A DNA stretch of 64,000 nt from Geosiphon pyriformis uo1 (taxonomy: Eukaryota; Fungi; Glomeromycota), in contig JAAOMT010000531.1 in the NCBI GenBank assembly GCA_016748015.1, forward strand, positions 1 through 64,000, in the 5' to 3' direction. Shown here one piece after another: positions 52,513-64,000 of the stretch; the first letter of the stretch is position 1, and each line of letters opens with the position of its first letter. A model generated the notes under the pieces. The model saw only the letters and a program-made list of their open reading frames with translations, was not told where the DNA came from and did no database searches. The translations under genes and the position numbers were made by a program.

Positions 52513-54898
52513 ATAACATTTAATTGATGGTAGTTGACACAGAAGTGTAGAGTTCCACTTTTTTTGAATATTACTACAACTGAAAAAGTCTATTCACTCT
52601 TGGTTTTTTGTATGAATCCAAGATCTTTCATCTGGTTTATCTCTTTCTTGATAAATTTATTATTATGTCAATTGAATTGATAAGGCTTCAAATGGATGGA
52701 ACAAGTTTTTTTTGTGGTGATGGTGTGTTGTATCACATGGGTTCATTCAGGAGTATTATCTTCTTTTGAGATAACTGGGCTATTTCTGGCCAACAAATTT
52801 TCAATATCCACTTTTCTTTCTTCAAAGGAAGGTTTTTTTTGTTTTACAACTAGTAATTGGATTTCAGGTGGTTTATTCTCAAAAAACTTTTGTATTTTTT
52901 TAAGTTTTTCTTAAGGTATCAAGCTAATTGGTTCCCAATCTTTGTAATAGATTAGACAAGATTTGCATTTATCACTTGGTGAATACAAAGGTTTATTACA
53001 CCAGCACTGTGCACAAGGGCCATGCTATCAATAATTGTATTTGGCTTTCTTGCTAAGTTTTTTGTCAAAAGTTCTTCTGAGGATATCATAGTAGGACCAG
53101 CAGCTTGCCATTTACCATAATTTTTTCTTTGTCAGCTTTAACATTGTCTAGTGGCTTGCCATTACTGGTAAAGATAGTATAGGTGAGTTCAACAGTTTCT
53201 TTTTGTTTTTCTTAATCTTCATTATCACTTTTATCATCATCTGATTCATCTGATTGTTTTTCTTCTTGGTTCTGTTTGGTTGCTAAAGGAGTTGTCCAAT
53301 AATGGCATTTAACCACAATGGGTTTTTCACCACATCTGATGATTAACTCGGAAAGTTCATAATCAAGTACTGCTTTGGCTTTCTTAAGTTACTTATTACC
53401 AACAATGATGGTATACTCTTTTGCTTTAGATACTTCCATATCTGTTTCAATACTAATACCATTGATGTAAACAGGAACAGCTTTGGCTATATCCAGACCT
53501 TTTTTTTGTCACCATGTACATTGGTTATAGGCTGGATAGAAGATTCATTAATTTTTCTTTCAATGGCTTCCAGAAAGTGTTTGGCAATTACACTAACAGA
53601 TGATCTACTGTCTAAGATCAAATTAATGAAGTAGCCAGCCACTTGGGCTTTATAAATCAAAGGAGTAACATTGCTGTTGTTAGCAAGTCCAGCTTGATGA
53701 GAGCACTTGTTAGTTTTTGGTGTCTTTTTCTTTGATATTAAGGATTTGTGAAAATCTTTTCTGAACTGTAAATGGGTTATTAGTTGGCCAAATATAATGT
53801 GTGTTGGGGTTTTCATGAGATCTTTAACAACAGAATAAGGGCCAGATTTTTGTACTATTTCTGAAAATTCTAACTTTGGAGGATTTTTAAAAACTTTAGC
53901 CTTTGGTGGCTTATTGTTGTCAGCAGCAGAAGTTGAGACTTTGTTGGGATTTAGAATGAAATCAACCTTGGCTTTCTTTTTTTTTCTTGTTAAGTCAGAG
54001 GTGTTGATTGCCAGTTCATCTATATCATGATTATCATCAGTTAGATTAAAAGTGTAAAAGAGGTTTTTTTCTGGTTGGCTTGTACTCTTACCCTTTGGAA
54101 ATGCACCTACCAGTTTAAAGGCTAATAAACAGTGGCTTCAACTAGGAGATTCTCTCCAAAGAAATTGATGTTGGCATGATTGGGTCTTTGATTGGGAACA
54201 TTATTACTGTTGGGTCTGTTATTCTGAGTGTCATTATTTCTAGGAGCTAAAAGAGGCAATAGAAGATTGTTGCAGTCTTTTGAGAAGTGTCTAGTTAGTC
54301 CACAGCAATAACATACAGGTGGGCTATGATTTTGCTGTCTTTGATATGATGGTTGTTGGGGCTGATTGAAGTAGGATTCAAATTTGGATCTTTGGAATTG
54401 TTGATTCTCTCTAACTGCTTGGGTCAAAGGTTTTAATAGCTGGGCAAAATTTGCTGTAAGCCTATCTATTAATTGTTCATTTGGATCTTGAGTTTGGGCA
54501 GCAAAAAAGGTAGCAGTCATTTGTGGAGCAGGAGCCATAATAGAAACAAGAGCAAAAACTAGAAGGGTGGATCTCAGATGCATCCTTTGGTTATCTTTTA
54601 TTCTCTGGACAAGTTCAATAGCCATATCCATTGTGGAATTATCATTCAAGACCAGAAGAGGCCAAAGAGCATATGATAGATCAGTTTTCAGTTCTTTTGT
54701 GAAGGAATGTATTTTCTGCTCTTCTGTTCAATTTCTTCCAGAGTTTACCTGTTTAATAAGTTTTCTTATTGCTTTGGCATATTTCGTCACAATCTTACCA
54801 GGGCCTTGAGTTCTTTTTTCTAATTCCATACACCATTTGGATATTAAGATAAGAATTCTAAATTTAGTTTCAAACCAGGTAGTGAAAGAGATGTTGTG

Positions 54899-57330
54899 AA
54901 AAACTCTTTCTCTCCTAATTTTCATGACCATGACTAGAGCTAAGAGTAAAAAAGTTGCAAACAGTACTTTTTCTATAGTAACTAATAAAGTTTTAACACA
55001 AGAGGGTTTCTCTGTTATTAAAGCAGCTAAACAAACCATTCTGGCTACATTTTCTTTAAAAAATATTAGTAAAAAGCTGCCTTTAGCAGCTTCTGGTTTA
55101 TTTTCTTTACCTTTGGCTGGTAGTTCTTCTCCAGTCAAAGTTCCTTCAAAAAGGCACACTTGGGTTAGTCTTAGTGTTGTCTCTACCAGTTCAAAAAGCC
55201 CAAAGATTTTTAATAACAGATCAGTCAACAAGTTGGTCTTTTCTGCTTTCACCACTCCCACTATCACTTCTGTTACTACTGCTTCACAAATAGCCGTGAA
55301 AGCAAAAAATTCCAAAAAACAGCAGCAGACAGTCACAACTGCTATGATCACACTAAAATTTTTTGTGGTTCCAGATGAGATCTTCAATAAGATCTCCACA
55401 GTAGCAGCCAGCCTTCTTCTTGATATAGATGGCAACAGCAGCAGCATATCTCTTAAGATGGGCCAAGATCAACCACTGGCTGTATTGCCTGATGTGGTAC
55501 TCTCCAGCAGATCATTGCTAATTCTAGTAACAAAACAGTTCATCAATCCAGATGATCTCAAAGATTGGGCTGATCAGATGGAAATGGAATCAACTGTCTC
55601 TTTCCCAGTTTCTGGTGCTGCTAATGGTGGTGCTTGGGAAAATGTAAATGGTCATCAAAGATTCTCTGGTTGGGTGGCCTCTAATCTAGTACCTGGTACT
55701 ACATTTAAGATCAAAATGGCCCTGCTTGATTCCTTGTTTCAGTTACTGCCTGGTTGTATTGGGCTTAAGTCAGTTTCACAAGATGCTGTTAAGTTGTTCT
55801 GTGTGGAATTTGTATCTTAGAAGAGTCTAAATAGTGCCACCAAAGTGGCCATCAGTGATGAAGTTTTTTTGACCACTCTTAAGATTGTATAGTTTTCTGG
55901 TGTGGCCTCTGTTTTTTTCCCTTCCTTGTCAGTTGTACTGCATAATGTACTCTTGGGTACCTCTTCTAATGACATCAGAACTGCTCTTGGCATTTTTAGT
56001 GTTGTCACTTCTGTTAAGTTAAAGCCTGCTGGCTTATGGCAATATGCTGTGGTTAACTTCAAAAACACTTCTTCTGCTGCTGCTGCTCTCGCTAATTGGT
56101 CTGTATTGGTCTAAAAAGACAGTGTTAAGATTTTTTCTATTGTCAACCAAAAGGAGGTTATCTTCTCAAGAGATGTATTCAAAGCTAAATTGGTTAATCT
56201 TCCATTTGGCTGTACTGTCTTTGAGATAAGTAATTTGGTCTCCCAAGTTGGTGGCCATACATGTTTCATTCTTTGCTCCCCTAAATCTTATTGATGTCAA
56301 TGTTTTGCTGTGGTTACTTTTGATTCTTTGGAATTTCTGAATGTTGCTGTGTCAAAAACTGGTACTTTGCATGGTTGTCACATCTAATGGGAAACTTCTG
56401 GATGTCATCGCTGCTATAGGTGTCAAGACTTGGATCATTTGGCCATGGACTACAAGAAGTCACCTCCTCCTCTACCCAAACTCTTCTCTAATACTTCTGG
56501 TGGTCCAAAGGTTTTCATATTTTTATTCACTGGATCTAAATTTTATGCCAAAGCTGCTGCTTTTGTGGGTCCTCCTGGTGCTGCTGCTGCTAATATGAAC
56601 TTGGATCTCGGTGGTCCTCCCAAAACTACAACACCCATGGTGCCTGCTATACCTTTTGTTCTCAATTCTGCTGTTGAATCTAGGTTGGTTTTTTTGGAAT
56701 TCCACCTTAGTGAACTATCTGTGTTAATAAAATTCTTAGTTGAACCTATTGGTGCACTTGTTGTATTGGTTACTAAATTGCTGTCTACTCTAACTGCTGT
56801 GGATGTGTCAGTTAAGGAATGTGTAGATGGGTTGGCTAAGCAAAATAAAAGCTTGGCTGCTATTGCTTCTGTGATGCAGAGAAGAATAACACACTTTGAG
56901 AAAAGATGTGAACAGGCCAGCTTGAAGGATAGATCAAATGTTGATGACATGGCTGATAATAATGATAATAATGATAAAGATTTTTCAGTTTATGATAATA
57001 TCTTTGATGTTATGATGCACCTATGGGAAGGTCAGCCTTCCAGTATTAAATTCAGTCCTGATCAGACTGCTAAGTGGATGAGTAGTATGGTTAAGAATAG
57101 TCATAAGCTTGTTAGCATTATGGGTAAGATATACAAATTAAATATGTTTGATACATTAAGTAGTAAAGGTAGTACTAGTGTGTAGTTAGAGCTTTCCACT
57201 AGTGGTTAGCCACATCTTGTAAACTTTGTATTATTGGGTAAGCTGGCTTTATGAAAGTGCTAACTTTATTGTTGGACAAACTAATAAATGATCAGTGTGA
57301 CTACACATTAACAAAAAAAAAAGAAAAAAA
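54899..57330 (+). mobile_element. ORF1-only retroposon, subfamily A, copy H7, full length
   Basis: 14-bp TSD GAAAGAGRTGTTGT 54884-54897 / 57331-57344; poly(A). Confidence 0.93.
54924..57185 (+). pseudogene. ORF1-like protein of H7 (753 codons in one frame, premature stops only)
   Basis: ORF-track pieces 54924-55820, 55902-56114 and 56430-57185 share one frame; ends KGSTSV*. Confidence 0.85.
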
Positions 57331-58897
57331 GAAAGAGGTGTTGTCTTCTCCAACATTTGCTGGTGCCCATCTAATAATTCTTTGCTGAGCATTGGCATTG
57401 GTTTCTTGTGAGAACCAAGTAGCAAAAGAGCCTTGAAGGTAGCCAACAACAATTTGGAACTTGTATTCATTATCATATTGGTTGGCTGTGGCCACTCTTT
57501 CAAAGTTGTCCAACCATTCAATTGGATTTTGTGCATCACCTCTAAACAAGGGTAATGAAGTGTTGTTTCTTCTTTTCAAAGTGGTTTGTGTGCCTTAGAG
57601 GGCAATTAAAATGTTCTGTTGTATAGAATCATTGGCCATTGGTTCAGGAGTTACTGTTTAAGTAGAATGATCTAATTCACTTAAGAAAAAATCAAAAACA
57701 GAAGCAGTTTGATAGCTTTTTTTTTCTGTTTCAAAGGGGGTTTTAGATAGCTGATGGGCAGCAATCCAAATGTAAATTTGGTGATTCAGGTATTTAGAAT
57801 TAATAGGCTGTTGTTCAAAAGTTGTAGAGTATAAAAGTTTGTTGATGCTGTTGTTTCTTTCTTCAAAGTTGTCTTCAAAATAAGCTTGGTCAAAGTAATA
57901 AGTTGTATAGGCTGTGTAGGTTTCAGCTGAATGCTCATTCAGGAACCAGTTCCAAAAATCTTGGAATTGTCTACTGGATTGTTTTTCAATGAGGAAGCAA
58001 ATCAAGCAGAAGGACAAAGAATTAAGTTTAATAAAGTCTAGATCATTTTTGTTGTGTGCTTTAAAGTGTTCTTCTGATTGTTGTAGCAGGTATGAATAAT
58101 CACCCATGCAATAAAAAACAAAGTGAATTTTGACAATCTCACAGGAAGCACTATTTTTATATTATGGATTGGAGTAACAAGCTAATAAATAGCAAGGGAG
58201 AATAGGATTGTAGGATAATGAAAATAATCAAAGAAAATTCAACTTCAAAGAACAAATTAAATAAGTATGGATTCAATGTGTGAGATCAGTCTTATAAAAT
58301 ATCTCAGTCACTATACTTTTCATGGATAACTGGGAAATTTGAAGGTAGAGGAATAGTTTATACTGTTAACAAATAATCACACCTGGTATAATTCTATGTC
58401 TCATGTTAGCACTCTTATAATTTAATATCAGGTATCAAATGTATTCTTCAGTCATGTTTTATTCAATAATTTTTAAATGCTGCAATTACATGTTTCAGGA
58501 AAAAAGTAGGTAAAGACCAATAAATATCTTTTATCCCAAGATGTTTGGATATTTGAAGGTAGGGAAAGGGAAAGGGAAATTAGTGATAAGAGAATGATTG
58601 AGATGAAAGTTGTTATTTTATTTATTTAATTTCTTTGATTTCTACATGCTTTTCTATAGCTAAGAGATTTATTGCTTATAAAGCTATCAAAAGTGGTCAA
58701 TAATCAAATCAACAACTAGATCAATAATCAGGTCAATGATTAGATCAATGATTAGGTCAATAGTCAGGTCAATGGTCAGTTCATTGATTACTTTCTAAAA
58801 ATAGAATGGCTAATTTATGTGACATTAGTGGCTAATACATGTGATAATTAATAAGAAATATAAGTTTCAACCATAACACTAGTGAAAGATCTAAGCC

Positions 58898-61329
58898 AAA
58901 ACTCTTTCTCTCCTAAATTTCATGACCATGAATAGAGCTAAAAGTAAAAAAGTTGCAAACATTACTTTTTCTATAGTAACTAATAAAGTTTTAACACGAG
59001 AGGGTTTCTCTGTTATTGAAGCAGCTAAACAAAACGTTCTGGCAACATTTCCTTTAAAAAATAATAGTAATAAGCTGCCTTTAACAGCTTCTGGTTCATT
59101 TTCTTCTCTTTTGGCTGGAAGTTCTTCTTTAGTCAAAGTCCTTTCAAAAAAGCACACTCGGGTTAGTCCTAGTGTTGTCTCTACCATTTCAAAAAGCCCA
59201 AAAATTTTTAATAACAGACCAGTTAACAAGTTGGTCTTTCCTGCTCTTACCACTCTCACTACTACTTCTACTACTACTGCTTCACAAATGGCTGCAAAAG
59301 CAAAAAATCCCAAAAAACAGCAGCAGGCAGTCACAACTGCTATGGTTACACCGAACCCCTTTGTAGTTCCAGATGAGATTTTCAGTAAGATCTCCACAGT
59401 AGCAGCCAGCCCTATTCCTGATATGGATGGCAACAGCAGCAACACATCTCCCAAGTTGGGCCAAGATCAACCACTGGCTGTGTTGTCTGATGTGGTACTC
59501 TCTGGCAGATCATCGCCAATCCCAGTAGTAAAACAGTCCATCAATCCAGATGATCTCAAAGATTGGGCTGATCAGATAGAAATGGAATCAACTGTTCCCT
59601 CCCCAGTTTTTGGTGCATCTAATGCTGGTGCTTAGGAGAATGTAAATAGACATCAAAGATTCTCTGGTTGGGTGGCCTCCAATCTTGTACCTGATGCTAT
59701 GTTTAAGATTAAGATGACTTTGCTCAGTTTCTTGTTTCAGTTGCTGCCTGGTTGTATTGGGCTTAAATCTGTTTCATGAGATGCTGTTAAGTTGTTCTGT
59801 GTAGAATTTGCATCTCAGGAGTGTCTAAATGGTGCTACCAAAGTGGCCATTAGTGATGAGATTTTTTTGACCACTCTTAAGATTGCATGGTCTTTAGGAG
59901 TGGCCTCTGTTTTTTTCTCTTCTTTGTCAGTTGCACTGTGCAATATACCCTTAGGTGCCTCTTTTGATGACATCAAATCTGCTCTTGGCATTTTTGGTGT
60001 TGTTACTTCTGTTAAGTTGAAGCCTGCTGGCTTATGGCAATATGCTGTGGTTAGCTTTAAAAACATTTTTTCTGCTGCTGCTGCTCTCTCTAACTGGTCT
60101 GTGTTGGTCAGAAAAGATAGTGTTAGGATTCTTTCCATTGCCAACCAAAAGAAGGTTATCTCCTCAAGAGATGCTTTCAAAGCTAAGCTGGTTAATCTTT
60201 TATTTGGCTGCACTGCATTTGAGATAAGTGATCTAGTCTTCCAAGTTGGTGGCTGTATGTGTTTCATTCTCCGCTCTCCTGATTCCTATTGACATCAATG
60301 CTTTGCAATAGTAACCTTTGGCTCCTTGGAATCTTTGAATGCTGCTGTTTTAAAAACCAGTATCTTATTGACTGCTGCATTTGGTGGGAAACTCCTGGAT
60401 GTTGTCACTGCTATAGATGTCAAAGTTTAGATCATTTGGCTGTGGACTGCAAGGTGTTGCCACCTCCCCCTCCCAAACTCTCTTCTAATTCTGCTGGTGG
60501 TCCCATTATTTTTAAGTCATTCCTCATTGGAGCTAAATCCTATGCCAAAGCTACCACTTCTGTGGTTCCTCCTGTTGCTACTACTGCTGATACGAGTCTG
60601 GCTTCTAGTACCTCCTCCAGAGTTGTGGTGCCGCTGTTGCCAGTTGCCTCCTCTGGTTCAGATGTTGCTGTTAATGCTAAGTTGGCTTCTCTGGAAATCC
60701 AACTTAGTGAACTATTTTTGTTGATCAAATCTATAATTGAGCCTGTGAGTTCTTTGGTTGCATTGGTTACTATGTTACTGTCTATTCCACCAGTTATGAC
60801 AGAGGCAATGAAGAAAAGTGTGATTGGATTGGGAAATCAAATTAAAGCTGTACATGCTGTGGCTTCCGTGTTGCAAAAGGAAGTGGGGGCCCTCAAGTTG
60901 AAGAGTGGAAACGTGCATTATAACATATTTGATGATGAAGACATGAATGATGATGATAATGATGATGATGATGATGGTGATGCTAAAAATTTTTCGGTTT
61001 ATGATGATACATTTGATGCGATGATGGAGTTATGGAAGGTTCAATCCTCTAATATCAAGTCCGATTCAGATTAGACTGCTAAATGGATGAGCAGTCTTGT
61101 TAAGAGTAGTCATGAACTTGTATGCATTATGGGTAAGATGTATGAATTAGATATGTTTAATACATTAGGTAGCAAATGTAGTACTAGCATGTAGTTAGGG
61201 CTTTCCACTTGTGGTTAGCCACATCTTGTAATATGTATTATTGGGTGAGCTGGCTTTATGAAACTGCCACACTACTATGAAATAACTAATAAATGACCAG
61301 CGTGGCTACATGTTAACAAAAAAAAAAAA
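58898..61329 (+). mobile_element. ORF1-only retroposon, subfamily B, copy H8, full length
   Basis: ATG at 58922, stop at 61194, poly(A); 17-bp TSD TCAACCATAACACTAGT 58867-58883 / 61330-61346 spanning the G8 LTR end. Confidence 0.93.
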
Positions 61330-61341
61330 TCAACCATAACA

Positions 61342-61934
61342 CTAGTAAACAAAAAAGCCTAAGGGTGGACTAGAACAAAAATCCTTGAGCCTAATCTGTA
61401 AAAAAGTTGGAAACACAGCTTTGAGCTGATTGAGAATATTCCAGACCATGCTTTTGACAGTGTAATGACTGAAATAACAAATGAGGAATTTAAACACATA
61501 TTGAGTCATACACCTTATAACAAAGCTCTTAGTCTATCAGGCATTCAAGTTAAACTCTGGAGGAAGACTGGGCCTAATACCAAGTCTAAACTGAGAACAT
61601 AATGCTTACATTAAAGCAGCAAACATGCCTAAGGAGTGGAGAGTAGCACAAGTTATACTGATTCCAAAGCCAAAAAAATGGGATGGCAATATTGACATCA
61701 CCAGGCTGATCACACTTATTGAAAGCACTAGAAAAATCTTAACAAAAATTCTAATTGCAAGAATATTAAAAACATGTAAACTCTACAATGTCCTAAAAAG
61801 TTACAATATCTTAGTGTTAAAAAATACCTCCACAGCAGTGCCAATTTATGTGATTAATATTGTTGCTAAGCATACAAGAGAATTTGGTAATGAGGCCTAG
61901 TTTACATTTCAGAACATGAAAAAGGCATATGATT
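61342..61934 (+). mobile_element. LINE copy L3, RT fragment
   Basis: MPKEWRVAQVILIPKPK..NMKKAYD, homologous to 17190-17795. Confidence 0.88.
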
Positions 61935-64000
61935 TATCACACAAAGAAGTACAAGTGTAGAGATTATTGATAGCAAATACCAAGTAGAGGGAAGCATAAC
62001 TTCCACTACTGAAAAAGAAGACATTAGCACTAATCTACAAAATTCATCAACTGTGGAGACTGCAAGACCTAGTACACCTCTATTTAGATTTGAAACTACC
62101 AATAGACTAATTGGAAGTGTAAACACAAGTAGTGGAGATGATATGCCCTTTAGAATAGCCAACACATTAAAAAAAACAGCTTTATATAAGAAAGTGGCAG
62201 ACTTTTCTCCAATAACAGCTAACAGATTAGAGAAAAAAGCCAACAAGAAATACAGACATATTGGAAGAATAAGTGTAAAAGAGCTAACTGAGAAATTCAA
62301 CCAAATAACTGAAGAAAATTCACCCGAAACCACATCTGTCCAAATCAATAACTTTGTCTTGCAACCAATGTTTAACAAATGTGAAAATAGCAACAAATTT
62401 CAAATGGAAGCTTGGACCAGTGAAAAGGGAGCCTCAAAGTCCCTGAAAAAAATAGATAAACCATCCAAAGTGCCTAAAAAAAACAGAAAAAGAGCTGCAC
62501 AAATAGAAGCAGCTCTGAGAAAGTGCAATCCTGATATTTTGGACAGGATCAACAGAGGAAATTCTGTAATAGAGAATGAAAAGCAGATGAATAATCCATT
62601 TAACACAAACAGAAATAAGCCTAATATAGATGATGTCACAGAAGACATAAAAGATTCTGAATTAAGCCTATCAAGCAGAATGGCTAGTCCAAGTTCAGGA
62701 CAATAGAGTAGTAAATTACTTGGCAAAAAACCCATGCTTATGAAAACAAATCAGGAGGATGAATGAAGAATGGTGGTCTATGGTACCAAAAGGCATGTAC
62801 TTTTTGTGCAGGCATTAGATATATCTGAAAAGATCATGGAAAAGAAAGTGGAATGGATTTATGATCTCTTGGAAAATATAAGGTACCTTTTGGGAGCTGT
62901 AATAGCTAGAAACCAAGAAATTAGAGTTGATTTTTTCCAAGTGGCTGGAAGAGACCAAGCCAGAGAAATCCTGGCAAATAATAAAATTGAATCATTTTTG
63001 ATGGCTACTGATGGTGTCAACAACCAAATGGCTGGTCAAAGAAAAGTCTTGGTAAGAGACATCCCTTTGGTCATCTCTGACAAAGAAGTGGGAGCTGCCA
63101 TAAAAGAATTTGGTGAGGTCAAAAAAATCCAAATCAGAGTGGCCAGCAAATGACAATTAGCAGTGGTTAAGTATAACAACCAAGAAGAAGCTACCAGAGC
63201 TGTAAATCAATGGTCGACTATGGTCAGAAAAAATGCAGTCAGAATTTACCCAATAATTGAAACTCAGAAGATTATTAAGCAGAGAAAAACCTGGGAAGCT
63301 AAATTGGTGGACCTACCACAAAACTGTACTGCTTACTATTTGAGCACCACTCTGGATCAAATCAAAGCCCAATTCTGCTTTATTCTAAGAACTAGTAAAA
63401 ATTATACAAAGATGGGCTGTGCTTACATAAGATTTGACAGTGAAGCTAACCACAACAATGCCACTAAAAAGCCCTTGGTAATTGGTAATATACTGGTCTA
63501 CTGGGTGCCTACTAATGCTAAAAAGTGCCACTTTTGTTACCAGATAGGGCACTTGGTTTCAAAATGTCCAACTTTGCATAAGAAAAAAGAAGGAGATACC
63601 AAGAAAGTTATCAACAACATCAGGTTGGCAAAACTGTATATTAAGAAAAATGTTCCAGAGGAAAACATCAAGGCCTTTGGTAGAAGATCATATGCTGATA
63701 TGGCTGTACTTAGACTGTCTTATAACTGGAACAACACCAATCCAAAAACCTAGTTCACAAGTAAACAATAGAAAAGAACAAGGAAAAAAAGGGGTCAACC
63801 AATCATGGAAGGCTGAAATTAATGAATTGAGAAAGCAGGTTAATAAAATGGCAAAACTGCTGAATGCAGTGGCTGCCAAATTTGGAGTAACAATAGAGAA
63901 AGAAAAAGAAGCAATAGTTGCTCAACAGCCAAGTAACACCTTAGAAAAAAAAAAAAGATAGAAAATAGATTATCAAGCCAAAGTACTACATTCAAATCTA
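61935..64000 (+). mobile_element. LINE copy L4, ORF1 region (slightly 5'-truncated, runs off the window)
   Basis: METARPSTPLFRFET, LVRDIPL, AKLVDLPQNCTA, CHFCYQIGHLVSKC. Confidence 0.88.

Larger units (their letters stand above)
52513..58878 (-). mobile_element. Gypsy G8, 5' half (LTR 58160-58878, gag 54107-58107 split by H7, pol 52517-54119)
   Basis: LTR, PBS, MGDYSY start, TTTAAAC, LILDS protease, start of RT. Confidence 0.9.

Noticed and set aside
61189-61329. Hammerhead ribozyme or tRNA gene in the shared 3' tail
   Set aside because: No CUGANGA core (CTTTATGAAA instead), and no T-loop or D-loop consensus
61330-61341. Separate LTR fragment or second CTAG insertion
   Set aside because: It is part of the 17-bp TSD of H8 duplicating the G8 LTR end
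1-64000. Host protein-coding, rRNA or tRNA genes
   Set aside because: Essentially all sequence is accounted for by the three TE families and the gaps

Overview
This window is entirely transposable-element DNA: an AT-rich, CpG-depleted eukaryotic nest with no recognisable host gene and three assembly gaps. A fungal (Mucoromycota/Glomeromycotina-like) origin is an inference. Three families make it up. (1) About 8 copies or fragments of a ~7.3-7.5 kb Ty3/Gypsy LTR retrotransposon: 630-740 bp TGTTA..TAACA LTRs, tRNA PBS, gag, a UUUAAAC -1 frameshift site, PR-RT-RNaseH-IN pol, an extra ~218-aa ORF3 in the env position, and 4-bp NTAN TSDs. (2) Four fragments of a ~7.4 kb LINE: ORF1 with RRMs and a CCHC knuckle; ORF2 with APE, RT, RNase H and a Cys-rich end. 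(3) Eight copies, in two subfamilies, of a ~2.4 kb poly(A)-tailed, TSD-flanked element encoding one ~750-aa ORF1-like protein with no RT or endonuclease. The third family shares the LINE's ~135-nt structured 3' tail (with compensatory stem changes), its last few codons and a 5' motif. It looks like a HAL1-like, ORF1-only non-autonomous retroposon that parasitises the LINE, and is the most interesting system here. Nearly all ORFs are degraded, largely by CpG deamination. A junction at ~32640 fuses two different nests.
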